A stretch of 64,000 nt of DNA from Chamaesiphon sp. (GTDB lineage: Bacteria > Cyanobacteriota > Cyanobacteriia > Cyanobacteriales > Chamaesiphonaceae): assembly GCA_965246715.1 (NCBI GenBank), contig CBDFFH010000005.1, positions 224,001 to 288,000 of the forward strand, given 5' to 3'. Below, in pieces: positions 51,374 to 59,799 of the stretch (the first letter of the stretch is position 1; the number at the start of each line of letters is the position of its first letter). A model generated the notes under the pieces. That model searched no databases. It had not been told where the DNA came from and saw nothing but the letters and a program-made list of their open reading frames with translations. The translations under genes and the position numbers were made by a program.

Positions 51374-52969
51374 ATGGAAATCATGATTGCCCAACATTAT
51401 GATGTGATTATTATCGGTACTGGTGCAGGCGGTGGTACCCTAGCGCATCATTTGGCTCCCAGCGGTAAAAAGATCTTAGTTCTCGAACGCGGCACATTCC
51501 TCCCCAGAGAAAAAGAAAACTGGAGTGCGCTGGAAGTTTACCAACGAGAACGATATCACACCCAGGAACAGTGGTTTGACACCAAAGATCGCGCCTTCCG
51601 TCCGGCGACGAACTATTGTGTGGGCGGTAACACAAAAGTCTATGGTGCGGCTCTGCTCAGAATGCGCGAACGGGATTTTGAAGAGGTAGTACACAAGGAT
51701 GGCATTTCGCCAGCGTGGGGGCTGAAATATGCCGATTTTGCCCCATATTACGATCGAGCAGAGCAACTTTATGACGTACATGGGCAAGCAGGTAGCGACC
51801 CCACCGAACCCACACGCAATCAGCCCTATCCTTACCCGCCAGTCAGTCACGAACTCCGAATGCAAGAGCTAGCGGATGGCTTTGGCAATGTCGGTTTGCA
51901 CCCCTTCAATCTACCATTGGGCTTGAAACTCAATGAAGTCGATCGAAGCTTGGGTAACTGCATTCGCTGTAATACTTGCGACGGTTTTCCCTGTCTGACG
52001 CAAGGGAAGGCTGATGCTGATGTCAATTGTATCGAACCGATTCGCCACAATAGTAACGTCACTTTGCTAACGGAAGCTAAGGTGACTCGCTTGCTGACTA
52101 ATGCTTCTGGGCGAGAAGTAACGCAAGTAGAAACAGAAATTGACGGGAAATTACAGACTTTTAGTGGCGATATTATTGTAGTTGCTTGTGGAGCGATTAA
52201 CTCGGCGGCATTACTATTGCGATCGAGTAACGACAAGCACCCCAATGGTTTGGCAAATAGTTCCGATTTAGTGGGACGCAATCTCATGAAACATATTTGC
52301 ACAGCGTTGGTACAACTCAGTCCTACATTCAATCCCGCAGTTTTTCAAAAAACCATCTGTATCAGCGATTTCTACTGGGGGGAACCCGACTTTCCCTACC
52401 CGATGGGTTTAATTCAAAATACAGGCAACGTCTTGGCGGATATGTTGCCAGCCGAAGCCCCAGCACTCCTAGCTCCACTGCTCAAACTGCGCCCAGAGGC
52501 AGAACTCAAGACCTTTGCCGATCGCACCGTCGGCTGGTGGCTGCAAACTGAAGACTTGCCAGATCCTAAAAATCGGGTGCGCGTTGATGGGGAGCGGCTG
52601 TATATGGACTATACACCGAATAATTTAGAGGCAAGTAACCGCCTAGTCACCCGCTGGATTGACACGCTCAAACAAGTCGATCGAGCAGAGCATACGATTC
52701 CCTTTAGTATCTATCCGCGCAACACGATGACGCTACCATCCGTGGGGCACCAGTGCGGTACTTGTAGCTTTGGCACAGATCCTACCACTTCAGTCCTAGA
52801 TTTGAACTGTCGCACCCACGATCTGGACAACCTCTATGTGGTCGATGGCAGCTTCTTTCCCTCCAGTTCGGCTGTCAATCCCACCTTGACGATTATTGCC
52901 AATGCTTTGCGAGTGGGAGATATTCTACTCGATTCTCATTCTGAGAGGCTACGCCAACGGCTGAAATAG
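51374..52969 (+). CDS. GMC-family oxidoreductase (paralog of 29365)
   Basis: GTGAGG, CIRCNTCDG, HQCGT, NPTLTIIANALR. Confidence 0.9.
   Translation: MEIMIAQHYDVIIIGTGAGGGTLAHHLAPSGKKILVLERGTFLPREKENWSALEVYQRERYHTQEQWFDTKDRAFRPATNYCVGGNTKVYGAALLRMRERDFEEVVHKDGISPAWGLKYADFAPYYDRAEQLYDVHGQAGSDPTEPTRNQPYPYPPVSHELRMQELADGFGNVGLHPFNLPLGLKLNEVDRSLGNCIRCNTCDGFPCLTQGKADADVNCIEPIRHNSNVTLLTEAKVTRLLTNASGREVTQVETEIDGKLQTFSGDIIVVACGAINSAALLLRSSNDKHPNGLANSSDLVGRNLMKHICTALVQLSPTFNPAVFQKTICISDFYWGEPDFPYPMGLIQNTGNVLADMLPAEAPALLAPLLKLRPEAELKTFADRTVGWWLQTEDLPDPKNRVRVDGERLYMDYTPNNLEASNRLVTRWIDTLKQVDRAEHTIPFSIYPRNTMTLPSVGHQCGTCSFGTDPTTSVLDLNCRTHDLDNLYVVDGSFFPSSSAVNPTLTIIANALRVGDILLDSHSERLRQRLK
52934..52957 (-). 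repeat. SDR5-like 24-bp in-frame insertion at the GMC C-terminus
   Basis: cgat[tctcattctgagaggctacgccaa]cgg; converts LDRLK to LDSHSERLRQRLK. Confidence 0.85.
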
Positions 52970-53080
52970 CCATCCTAAAAGCACTCTGACAATTTTATGA
53001 CAGAGTGCGATCTCAAATTTTGGGTCGGGGTTTAGCTGAATATCCTCTAAATTAAGATCCTTAATTTATTCACCGCTATT

Positions 53081-53135
53081 TCTTATCAATTTCTCAGGAA
53101 TCTATCAAGACAGACTCAGGTAAGAGCCTCATAGT
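53081..53135 (+). promoter_or_regulatory. 11-bp-period hexamer boxes plus -10
   Basis: tcttat-N5-tctcag-N5-tatcaa-N5-actcag-N10-catagt. Confidence 0.65.
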
Positions 53136-53173
53136 AGTAGTAATCAAGTTAAACAACTAAGAGGTTATCACTT

Positions 53174-53536
53174 ATGAAACACTTTGCACTTATCGGTTTA
53201 TCAATCCTTTGTCTATCTTTAGCTGCAACTACATCTGTAAAAGCAGAAACCAGAACCGAACGGATTGCGATGTCTACAGCAACGATCATTAATAATCCTG
53301 TTGTCACCAAAAAAATCACTCCATTTAGATTAGTTTCGCTTGCTTATCAAGGTGAGTATCGGACACAAGGCATTCCTGGGTTTGCAGCATTCCAATTTGC
53401 TACTTCTAATCAGACAATTACTGCCAAAGATTTAGTTAAAGCAGCAATCGCTGCCAATCAATTATCTCCAGATGCTCAAACCGACAGTGGTTATCTCAAT
53501 GCTGTCGAGCAGCAACTATTGTCTACAGACAACTAA
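53174..53536 (+). CDS. Hypothetical secreted protein
   Basis: Signal peptide; TPF.LVSLAYQG core. Confidence 0.8.
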   Translation: MKHFALIGLSILCLSLAATTSVKAETRTERIAMSTATIINNPVVTKKITPFRLVSLAYQGEYRTQGIPGFAAFQFATSNQTITAKDLVKAAIAANQLSPDAQTDSGYLNAVEQQLLSTDN

Positions 53537-53587
53537 TCAATCTAGCTAGTAACTTTATTCGACATCCTTAATTTACACACCGCTATT

Positions 53588-53642
53588 TCTTATCAAATTC
53601 TCAGCAATCGATCGCTATTATCTCAGGCAAGAGTCTGATGAT
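53588..53642 (+). promoter_or_regulatory. Duplicated hexamer-box promoter
   Basis: tcttat-N5-tctcag-N16-tctcag-N10-gatgat. Confidence 0.6.
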
Positions 53643-53677
53643 AGTAATTAAGTTAAACAACTAAGAGGTTATCACTT

Positions 53678-54136
53678 ATGAAACGCTTTGCACTTGTCGG
53701 TTTGTCAATTCTCTGTCTATCTTTAGCTACAACTACAGCCGTAAAAGCAGGTACCAGAACCGAACGTATCGCTATGTCAACGGAGACAGTAACAGTAACT
53801 ACAATCGGCAACACGCAACTCACCCCGTTTGCATTGCCACTACGAGCAGGAACCAGAACCGGACTTACTGCGATGTCCACAGCAACGATCGGTAGCAATC
53901 TGGCAAGCACAAAACTTACTCCATTTGGATTAGTTTCTCTTGCTTACCAAGGTGGGTATCAGACGCAGGGTATTCCTGGATTTGGTTCATTCAAAACTGG
54001 TGTTTCTAGCAAAACAATTACTGCTAAAGATTTAGTTAAAGCAGCAATCGCCTCAAATCAATTATCGCCAGATACCCAAACAGACAGTGGTTATCTCAAT
54101 GCTGTCGATCTACAATTATCGAGCACACGACAATAA
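53678..54136 (+). CDS. Hypothetical secreted protein (tandem duplicate of 53174)
   Basis: High identity to 53174; internal repeat of AGTRT...AMST. Confidence 0.8.
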   Translation: MKRFALVGLSILCLSLATTTAVKAGTRTERIAMSTETVTVTTIGNTQLTPFALPLRAGTRTGLTAMSTATIGSNLASTKLTPFGLVSLAYQGGYQTQGIPGFGSFKTGVSSKTITAKDLVKAAIASNQLSPDTQTDSGYLNAVDLQLSSTRQ

Positions 54137-54197
54137 TCGATCTAGCTGCTAATTATGGGTTATGGCAAACAGATAAAAGGCTAGAATAAATTGTAAA

Positions 54198-56213
54198 ATG
54201 AGTATCGAATTTGGGCGAGAAATCTGTGGCAATCTGAGTAATGCCCAAACGCGAGAATGGCTAGTCACTAATGGGATTGGTGGTTATGCTTCCGGCAATG
54301 TCGCTGGATTACTCACCCGTCGCTATCATGGCTTACTCATCGCCGCATTAAAACCACCCTTGGGTCGGACTTTGTTACTTGCCAAACTGGATGAAACGGT
54401 CGGATATGACAATATTACTTATGCTCTCCACACAAATCGCTGGGCAGATGGTAGTGTCGAGCCGCACGGATATCGCCACATTGAAAGCTTTAAATTAGAA
54501 GGCACCATCCCCACTTGGCAGTTCGCTTGTGCGGATGCCCTGTTGGAAAAACGGATCTGGGTGCAGCACGGAGCCAACACGACCTACGTTCGCTATACAT
54601 TAAGCTGTGCTACTCAACCGCTAATCCTCACCCTCAAAGCTTTAGTCAATTACCGAGATTATCATGGTAGTACTCAGGGTAACAACTGGCAGATGAATGT
54701 CGAGCGAATCGAAGGCGGTATTAAGATCGCTGCCTATGATAATGCGACACCGTTATACTTATCGAGCGATACTGCCACTGCCACACCCGCCCATAATTGG
54801 CACTATAACTTCGATCTAGCCGCCGAACGATATCGAGGATTGAGCGATCGCGAAGACCACCTTCACGCCGCTACCTTCACAGTTACACTCAATCCTGGTG
54901 AATCGTTGACATTTGTGGCTAGCACAGGACCACAGCCGAATTTAGATGGGGCAAAAGCACTCAGATCGTACCAAGATCGAGAGCATAAGCTGCTCAATCT
55001 GTGGAAACTCAACCGACCAGAAAGCATTACCCACAAACAAGATCGTCCGGCTTGGATCGAGCAATTGGTATTAGCCGCCGACCAATTTATCGTAGATCGA
55101 TCGATTCCGAATATATCCAATGGTAAAACCATCATTGCTGGCTACCACTGGTTTGGAGACTGGGGACGCGATACGATGATTAGTCTACCTGGATTGACGA
55201 TCGCGACGGGTAGATCGGAAATTGCCCGTTCTATTCTGCTCACCTTCGCTAAGTATGTCGATAAAGGAATGCTGCCAAATCGTTTTCCTGATGCGGGTGA
55301 TGTGCCTGAATACAATGCTGTCGATGCCACGCTCTGGTACTTTGAGGCAATTCGCAGTTACTACGATGCTACCGCTGACGATGAATTGTTAGAACAACTC
55401 TTTCCCGTACTGGCAGAGATTATCGATTGGCACTGTCGCGGCACTCGGTACAATATTCATCTCGATGCTGGCGATGGGTTACTCTATGCTGGCGAAGCGG
55501 GCGTACAATTGACTTGGATGGATGCCAAAGTTGATGATTGGGTAGTGACACCGCGCATTGGTAAACCGATCGAAGTTAATGCTCTTTGGTACTGTGCATT
55601 GCGATCGATCTCCAAGTTTGCCCGTCAGCTTGGCAAACCCTATAAAAAATATGACGCGATTGCAGATCGGACTTCGATCGAGTTTTCCCGATTCTGGAAC
55701 GCCGATACTGGCTATTGCCATGATGTCCTCGATAGTCCCGATGGCGATGATGCGTCCCTACGTCCAAATCAAATCTTTGCTGTATCCTTACCAGGCATCG
55801 GCGCAAAAGGTTATGCACCACTACTCACCCCAACTCAACAACGCGGGGTTGTCGATACTTGCGGACGATCGTTGTTGACTTCATATGGCTTGCGTTCGCT
55901 AGCTCCCAGTCATTCCCAATATCAGGGGCATTATGGCGGAAATCAGTTGCAGCGCGATGGAGCTTATCATCAGGGTACTACTTGGGGCTGGTTGTTAGGT
56001 TCGTTTGTATTGGCACATTTGCAGGTATATGGCGATCGATTACAGGCTAGAAAATTCTTAGAACCGATCGCTCATCACTTGCTGGCTGACGGTTTGGGCA
56101 CTTGTAGCGAAATCTTCGATGGGGATGCGCCGATGACCGCGCGTGGTTGTATCGCTCAAGCTTGGACTGTTGCTGAGGTACTACGGGCTTGGGTAGCAAC
56201 TGAAAATCGCTAA
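54198..56213 (+). CDS. Amylo-alpha-1,6-glucosidase (GDE_N plus GDE_C)
   Basis: EWLVTNGIGGYA, RRYHGLL, AGYHWFGDWGRD, QLTWMD, QAWTVAE. Confidence 0.92.
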   Translation: MSIEFGREICGNLSNAQTREWLVTNGIGGYASGNVAGLLTRRYHGLLIAALKPPLGRTLLLAKLDETVGYDNITYALHTNRWADGSVEPHGYRHIESFKLEGTIPTWQFACADALLEKRIWVQHGANTTYVRYTLSCATQPLILTLKALVNYRDYHGSTQGNNWQMNVERIEGGIKIAAYDNATPLYLSSDTATATPAHNWHYNFDLAAERYRGLSDREDHLHAATFTVTLNPGESLTFVASTGPQPNLDGAKALRSYQDREHKLLNLWKLNRPESITHKQDRPAWIEQLVLAADQFIVDRSIPNISNGKTIIAGYHWFGDWGRDTMISLPGLTIATGRSEIARSILLTFAKYVDKGMLPNRFPDAGDVPEYNAVDATLWYFEAIRSYYDATADDELLEQLFPVLAEIIDWHCRGTRYNIHLDAGDGLLYAGEAGVQLTWMDAKVDDWVVTPRIGKPIEVNALWYCALRSISKFARQLGKPYKKYDAIADRTSIEFSRFWNADTGYCHDVLDSPDGDDASLRPNQIFAVSLPGIGAKGYAPLLTPTQQRGVVDTCGRSLLTSYGLRSLAPSHSQYQGHYGGNQLQRDGAYHQGTTWGWLLGSFVLAHLQVYGDRLQARKFLEPIAHHLLADGLGTCSEIFDGDAPMTARGCIAQAWTVAEVLRAWVATENR

Positions 56214-56243
56214 GATTAAATAAATTCCTAGATCGACTTCAAT

Positions 56244-57080
56244 ATGCCTATTTCACGCCGTCAATTTGTCGTTGCTAGCACTTTTACCGTAGGTTTTGCC
56301 TTGGCGGTACAGCCGATTGTCAACAGTGCCATTCAAACTAGTAACAAAAACTTAGTTAGTGGTTCAATTTCTATTCCCAGTGGCACAGGTGCGATTTCAG
56401 CTTATTATGCCGCGCCTGCGAAGGGCGATGGGTTTCCGGTAGTGTTGGTGATTCAAGAAATTTTTGGCGTTCACGAGCATATTCGCGATGTAGTGCGCCG
56501 ATTTGCCCAACTTGGATATGTCGCGATCGCACCAGAACTCTTTGCCCGTCAGGGTGATGTCAGCAAACTCAAAGACATTGATGAGATCCGCAAGATTGTC
56601 GCGAAAGTTCCCGATGTCCAGGTGTTAGCAGATATCGATGCTAGCTTAAATTGGGTCGTCCAAAATGCCAAAGGCTCGATCGAGCGGGTGGCAATTACCG
56701 GATTTTGTTGGGGTGGACGCATTACTTGGCTCTATGCGGCACATAATCCCAACATCAAGGCTGGAGTTGCTTGGTACGGTAAACTAACAGGCGATAAAAA
56801 TGCGCTCAATCCTCAGCAGCCGATCGATATTGCTGCAAATCTAACGGTACCTGTATTAGGACTCTATGGTGGACAAGATACCGGAATTCCAATAGATTCG
56901 GTCGAATTAACCCGCCAACAACTTCAAAAAGGTAGAAGTGGTTCCCAGATCGTTGTTTACCCTGATGCTCCTCACGCATTTTTTGCCGACTATCGCCCTT
57001 CCTATCGTCAAAAGGATGCTCAAGATGGCTGGAAACGTCTACAGGCTTGGTTTAAAGCTAAAGGGGTAGCACCGAACTAA
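56244..57080 (+). CDS. Dienelactone hydrolase-family protein with Tat signal
   Basis: SRRQF, QEIFG, GFCWGG, HAF. Confidence 0.9.
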   Translation: MPISRRQFVVASTFTVGFALAVQPIVNSAIQTSNKNLVSGSISIPSGTGAISAYYAAPAKGDGFPVVLVIQEIFGVHEHIRDVVRRFAQLGYVAIAPELFARQGDVSKLKDIDEIRKIVAKVPDVQVLADIDASLNWVVQNAKGSIERVAITGFCWGGRITWLYAAHNPNIKAGVAWYGKLTGDKNALNPQQPIDIAANLTVPVLGLYGGQDTGIPIDSVELTRQQLQKGRSGSQIVVYPDAPHAFFADYRPSYRQKDAQDGWKRLQAWFKAKGVAPN

Positions 57081-57341
57081 TTTAGTCGATCGCAGCGCAG
57101 ATAAAACCCCACATCCATGAGTGGAAGGAGTTTTTAGAGTTTGAGGATATGAGAAGGCAACTTTAAGGGGAGTTGAAATTGAGAGTTTTGATGATATAGG
57201 GTGGTTGATGGGTTGGCTAGAGTGGGTTTTGCGAGATATAGGACGTAACGCCAGTAATCTGGATCACTAAACATGTCACGAATATCGTATAGAATTATTA
57301 TTAAAGCTCAGTAACAGAATCTAGGGATAGTTGACCCAGCT

Positions 57342-57560
57342 ATGCAGTTTGACTTGCTTGTTGATTTGAGGAAGAAACATGAAGAGGGGATCTACACCCG
57401 CAGAGGCTATATCTTAGAAGCTTGCAATACCCTTCAAGTTGATGTAGCCACGGTTGATAGAAAATGGCTAGCCAATCAGTTGGGGATTAGTTATACATCA
57501 CTCACAAGCCAGATATGCCAGATGAGGAAAAGAGGATTAGTTGATTTCCGAAATAACTAA
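57342..57560 (+). CDS. Small winged-HTH-like protein
   Basis: RKWLANQLGISYTSLTSQICQMRKRGLV. Confidence 0.55.
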   Translation: MQFDLLVDLRKKHEEGIYTRRGYILEACNTLQVDVATVDRKWLANQLGISYTSLTSQICQMRKRGLVDFRNN

Positions 57561-57612
57561 CAAAAACCATTGCCGAATTTATTGAGACAACTGTTATACA
57601 AGAAATTGAATT

Positions 57613-58017
57613 ATGAGTGAAAATTTACATTCTATTGGGACATATCACGTTACAATAGGTTCTTTGGGTAGATCTACAGTAGTAGAGCCTTCGAGCAAAT
57701 CTCTTATCTCTTTTGATAAAGGCAATTTTGAAGCTTCAACTTATTCCAAATCAAACTTTAAAGCTCTAAGTAATTTTGTTATTTCATCCGAATCTAAGTT
57801 TGAAGAAAAGAGCGATATTCCATTGATTGAGTCTGCCGAAAAGCCAGATAATCAAATTGAAGAGGCTCAACTCGATCTATTCTTAGATAGTATATTCTTG
57901 GCACTAGAAGATACTGATAAAAGTATTGAGGTAATGCAAGAGTCAATTGATTCTAATAAGAAAGATATTCGAGAAATGCTCGATCGTATTAAGGAATTAG
58001 TTGTTAATGCTCGATAA
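57613..58017 (+). CDS. Hypothetical protein with coiled-coil C-terminus
   Basis: 134-aa ORF overlapping the next gene. Confidence 0.55.
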   Translation: MSENLHSIGTYHVTIGSLGRSTVVEPSSKSLISFDKGNFEASTYSKSNFKALSNFVISSESKFEEKSDIPLIESAEKPDNQIEEAQLDLFLDSIFLALEDTDKSIEVMQESIDSNKKDIREMLDRIKELVVNAR

Positions 58018-58366
58018 AGCTTGGGAGTATACAAAACAGCTAATTGCCCTTAAAGGTCAAGTTGACAAGAGTACATCGGATCTTAAAGAATTAAGTAGAG
58101 ATCTCAAAGAACTTACTACATTGGTTAGAGATTTGGCTGAATCTAATAGAGAGATTAGAACTTTATTCAATCATCTTAAAGAAACAGAAAAAAGTGAAAG
58201 AGAAAATCTACGAAAAGACTTCCAATCACTTGAGAGAGAGCAACGTCACTCCCAAGAGAATCTTATGCTGAAGTTGCAGATTGCCATTCAAGAAGCACAG
58301 CTTTCTCGTCTCCCCCGACATGGTGAATCTGCACAATTGCCGGAAGGGCGTGATAAGCCCGAATAA
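58007..58366 (+). CDS. Hypothetical coiled-coil protein
   Basis: Heptad-rich ORF. Confidence 0.6.
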   Translation: MLDKAWEYTKQLIALKGQVDKSTSDLKELSRDLKELTTLVRDLAESNREIRTLFNHLKETEKSERENLRKDFQSLEREQRHSQENLMLKLQIAIQEAQLSRLPRHGESAQLPEGRDKPE

Positions 58367-58575
58367 TCAATCTACTTTAGAGCAATTATCCATAACTCAA
58401 TCTCACTGCCTCCGAAATAGCACGAACGATAATTCCAATTCCGCGAATACCGATCGGATCGGCTGCTCGAATCACCCGTAGCACAGCATCGCGAAACCAC
58501 GTATGTCCCGATCCTAGCTGTCTCGATCGAGTTTAGGAATGGACATAAAATTATCTCCACTCCTAAAAATCACTG

Positions 58576-58971
58576 CTATCCTCGCTTGGGCATTTCACTC
58601 ACAATTGAGACCAAAACGCCGTTACAATCGCGTACCCGTGAAATTGTCTGTCCCCAAGGCATTTGGTGCGGTTCGACCACACTAATTGCTCCGGCACTAA
58701 TTGCTCGATCGAAGGCTTGCGGCACATTCTCGGCAATAAAGGAAATTTGGATGCCAGCCGGATCTTGAGCTATTTGATTTTCCCGAAATGGAATTGGCAG
58801 TTCGCTCCGCTCATTGCGATTGGCTCCAAATGCTAGGGAAACTTCACCTGTCTGCATTTGAGCAAAATTGGGCGTGACGACTGCTCGTTGGATGTCAAAG
58901 GCGCGTTCGTAGAACTCGACGGTATTAACTACATCTTCGACAAAAATAATTGTGTAACCAAATTTCATCAT
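58576..58971 (-). CDS. VOC/glyoxalase-family protein
   Basis: FGYTIIFVEDV..FYERAF, MPWGQT..VRD. Confidence 0.85.
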   Translation of the reverse strand: MMKFGYTIIFVEDVVNTVEFYERAFDIQRAVVTPNFAQMQTGEVSLAFGANRNERSELPIPFRENQIAQDPAGIQISFIAENVPQAFDRAISAGAISVVEPHQMPWGQTISRVRDCNGVLVSIVSEMPKRG

Positions 58972-58997
58972 TTTGCTCCAAGTTTGTATGTTTAAAC

Positions 58998-59019
58998 GAT
59001 AGTTGTTAAAACAAGTATT
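58998..59019. promoter_or_regulatory. Putative MarR operator upstream of the VOC gene
   Basis: gatagttgttaaaacaagtatt. Confidence 0.6.
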
Positions 59020-59059
59020 TGTGCTTACATAGGCTTAAATCCCTTGAATTAACTGACTG

Positions 59060-59548
59060 TCAATCTTTTTGAGGATATCTAGCTTCCACCAGCAACTCAT
59101 TCAACAAATTCAGCTTCTCTGGATTCATGTGCTCCAGTTGTTGGTGATGAAGAGTCTGCAATAACGGGTCGATGACTTCAACTTTCTGGTATCCAGCAGT
59201 TGTAATCTTGACCCAAATCACTCGGCGATCGCGATCGTCTCGGATGCGCTCGACTAATTTCATCTTTTCCAATCGATCGATTAATCGAGTTAAATCTGGA
59301 TCGTTGGCGAGCATATATTTTGCAATCGACTGACTGGGAATACCCTGTGTCCCGGCTAACATGACTACCCGCAGCACATTATAAAGTGGTGCTGAAAGTT
59401 CGTACTCTCGAAACAATTTGACAAATTCGGCCTCTAGCACTGCATGTGTGCGAATTAGATTGAGATACACCTCCTGTTCCAGAACTGCAAAGGGTTCGGA
59501 CTTATCGAGTTCTTGTTGTAAGTTTAGTTTGTTTGTGCCTTCACTCAT
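59060..59548 (-). CDS. MarR-family regulator
   Basis: DLTRLIDRLEK..LVER..DRRV..ITTAG. Confidence 0.9.
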   Translation of the reverse strand: MSEGTNKLNLQQELDKSEPFAVLEQEVYLNLIRTHAVLEAEFVKLFREYELSAPLYNVLRVVMLAGTQGIPSQSIAKYMLANDPDLTRLIDRLEKMKLVERIRDDRDRRVIWVKITTAGYQKVEVIDPLLQTLHHQQLEHMNPEKLNLLNELLVEARYPQKD

Positions 59549-59570
59549 ACTGTCGAATATATCATACGAG

Positions 59571-59592
59571 GATAGTCGTGTCAACAACTATC
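59571..59592. promoter_or_regulatory. Putative MarR autoregulatory operator
   Basis: Palindrome gatagtcgtgtcaacaactatc. Confidence 0.65.
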
Positions 59593-59636
59593 TGTAAGCA
59601 TTGATTATGCGTCGCTCCAGGAAGATGTGTAGAGCG

Positions 59637-59702
59637 TTTCATCAAATTCTCATTCTAATCTCAGGATTGGTTCAGGACTGGCTCAGATCGATCGGGCATG
59701 AT
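59637..59702 (+). promoter_or_regulatory. Five 11-bp-period hexamer boxes plus -10
   Basis: tttcat-N5-tctcat-N5-tctcag-N5-gttcag-N5-gctcag-N10-catgat. Confidence 0.75.
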
Positions 59703-59799
59703 TGTGGTGTAGATGTGAAACCTAATTAATCAACTATCGCTGGTGTAGCGATTTCGATGGCTGCACTAGCCTTTTCTTAAAAAGATCGGGAGCACAACA

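Noticed and set aside
57200..57255. Possible IS end (gcgagatataggacgtaacgccagt) before the AT-rich cassette
   Set aside because: No matching inverted partner was found.
58372..58560. 62-aa ORF or remnant of a deleted oxidoreductase gene downstream of the VOC gene
   Set aside because: An alternative frame (WFRDAVLRVIR) is suggestive but too short to support a call.
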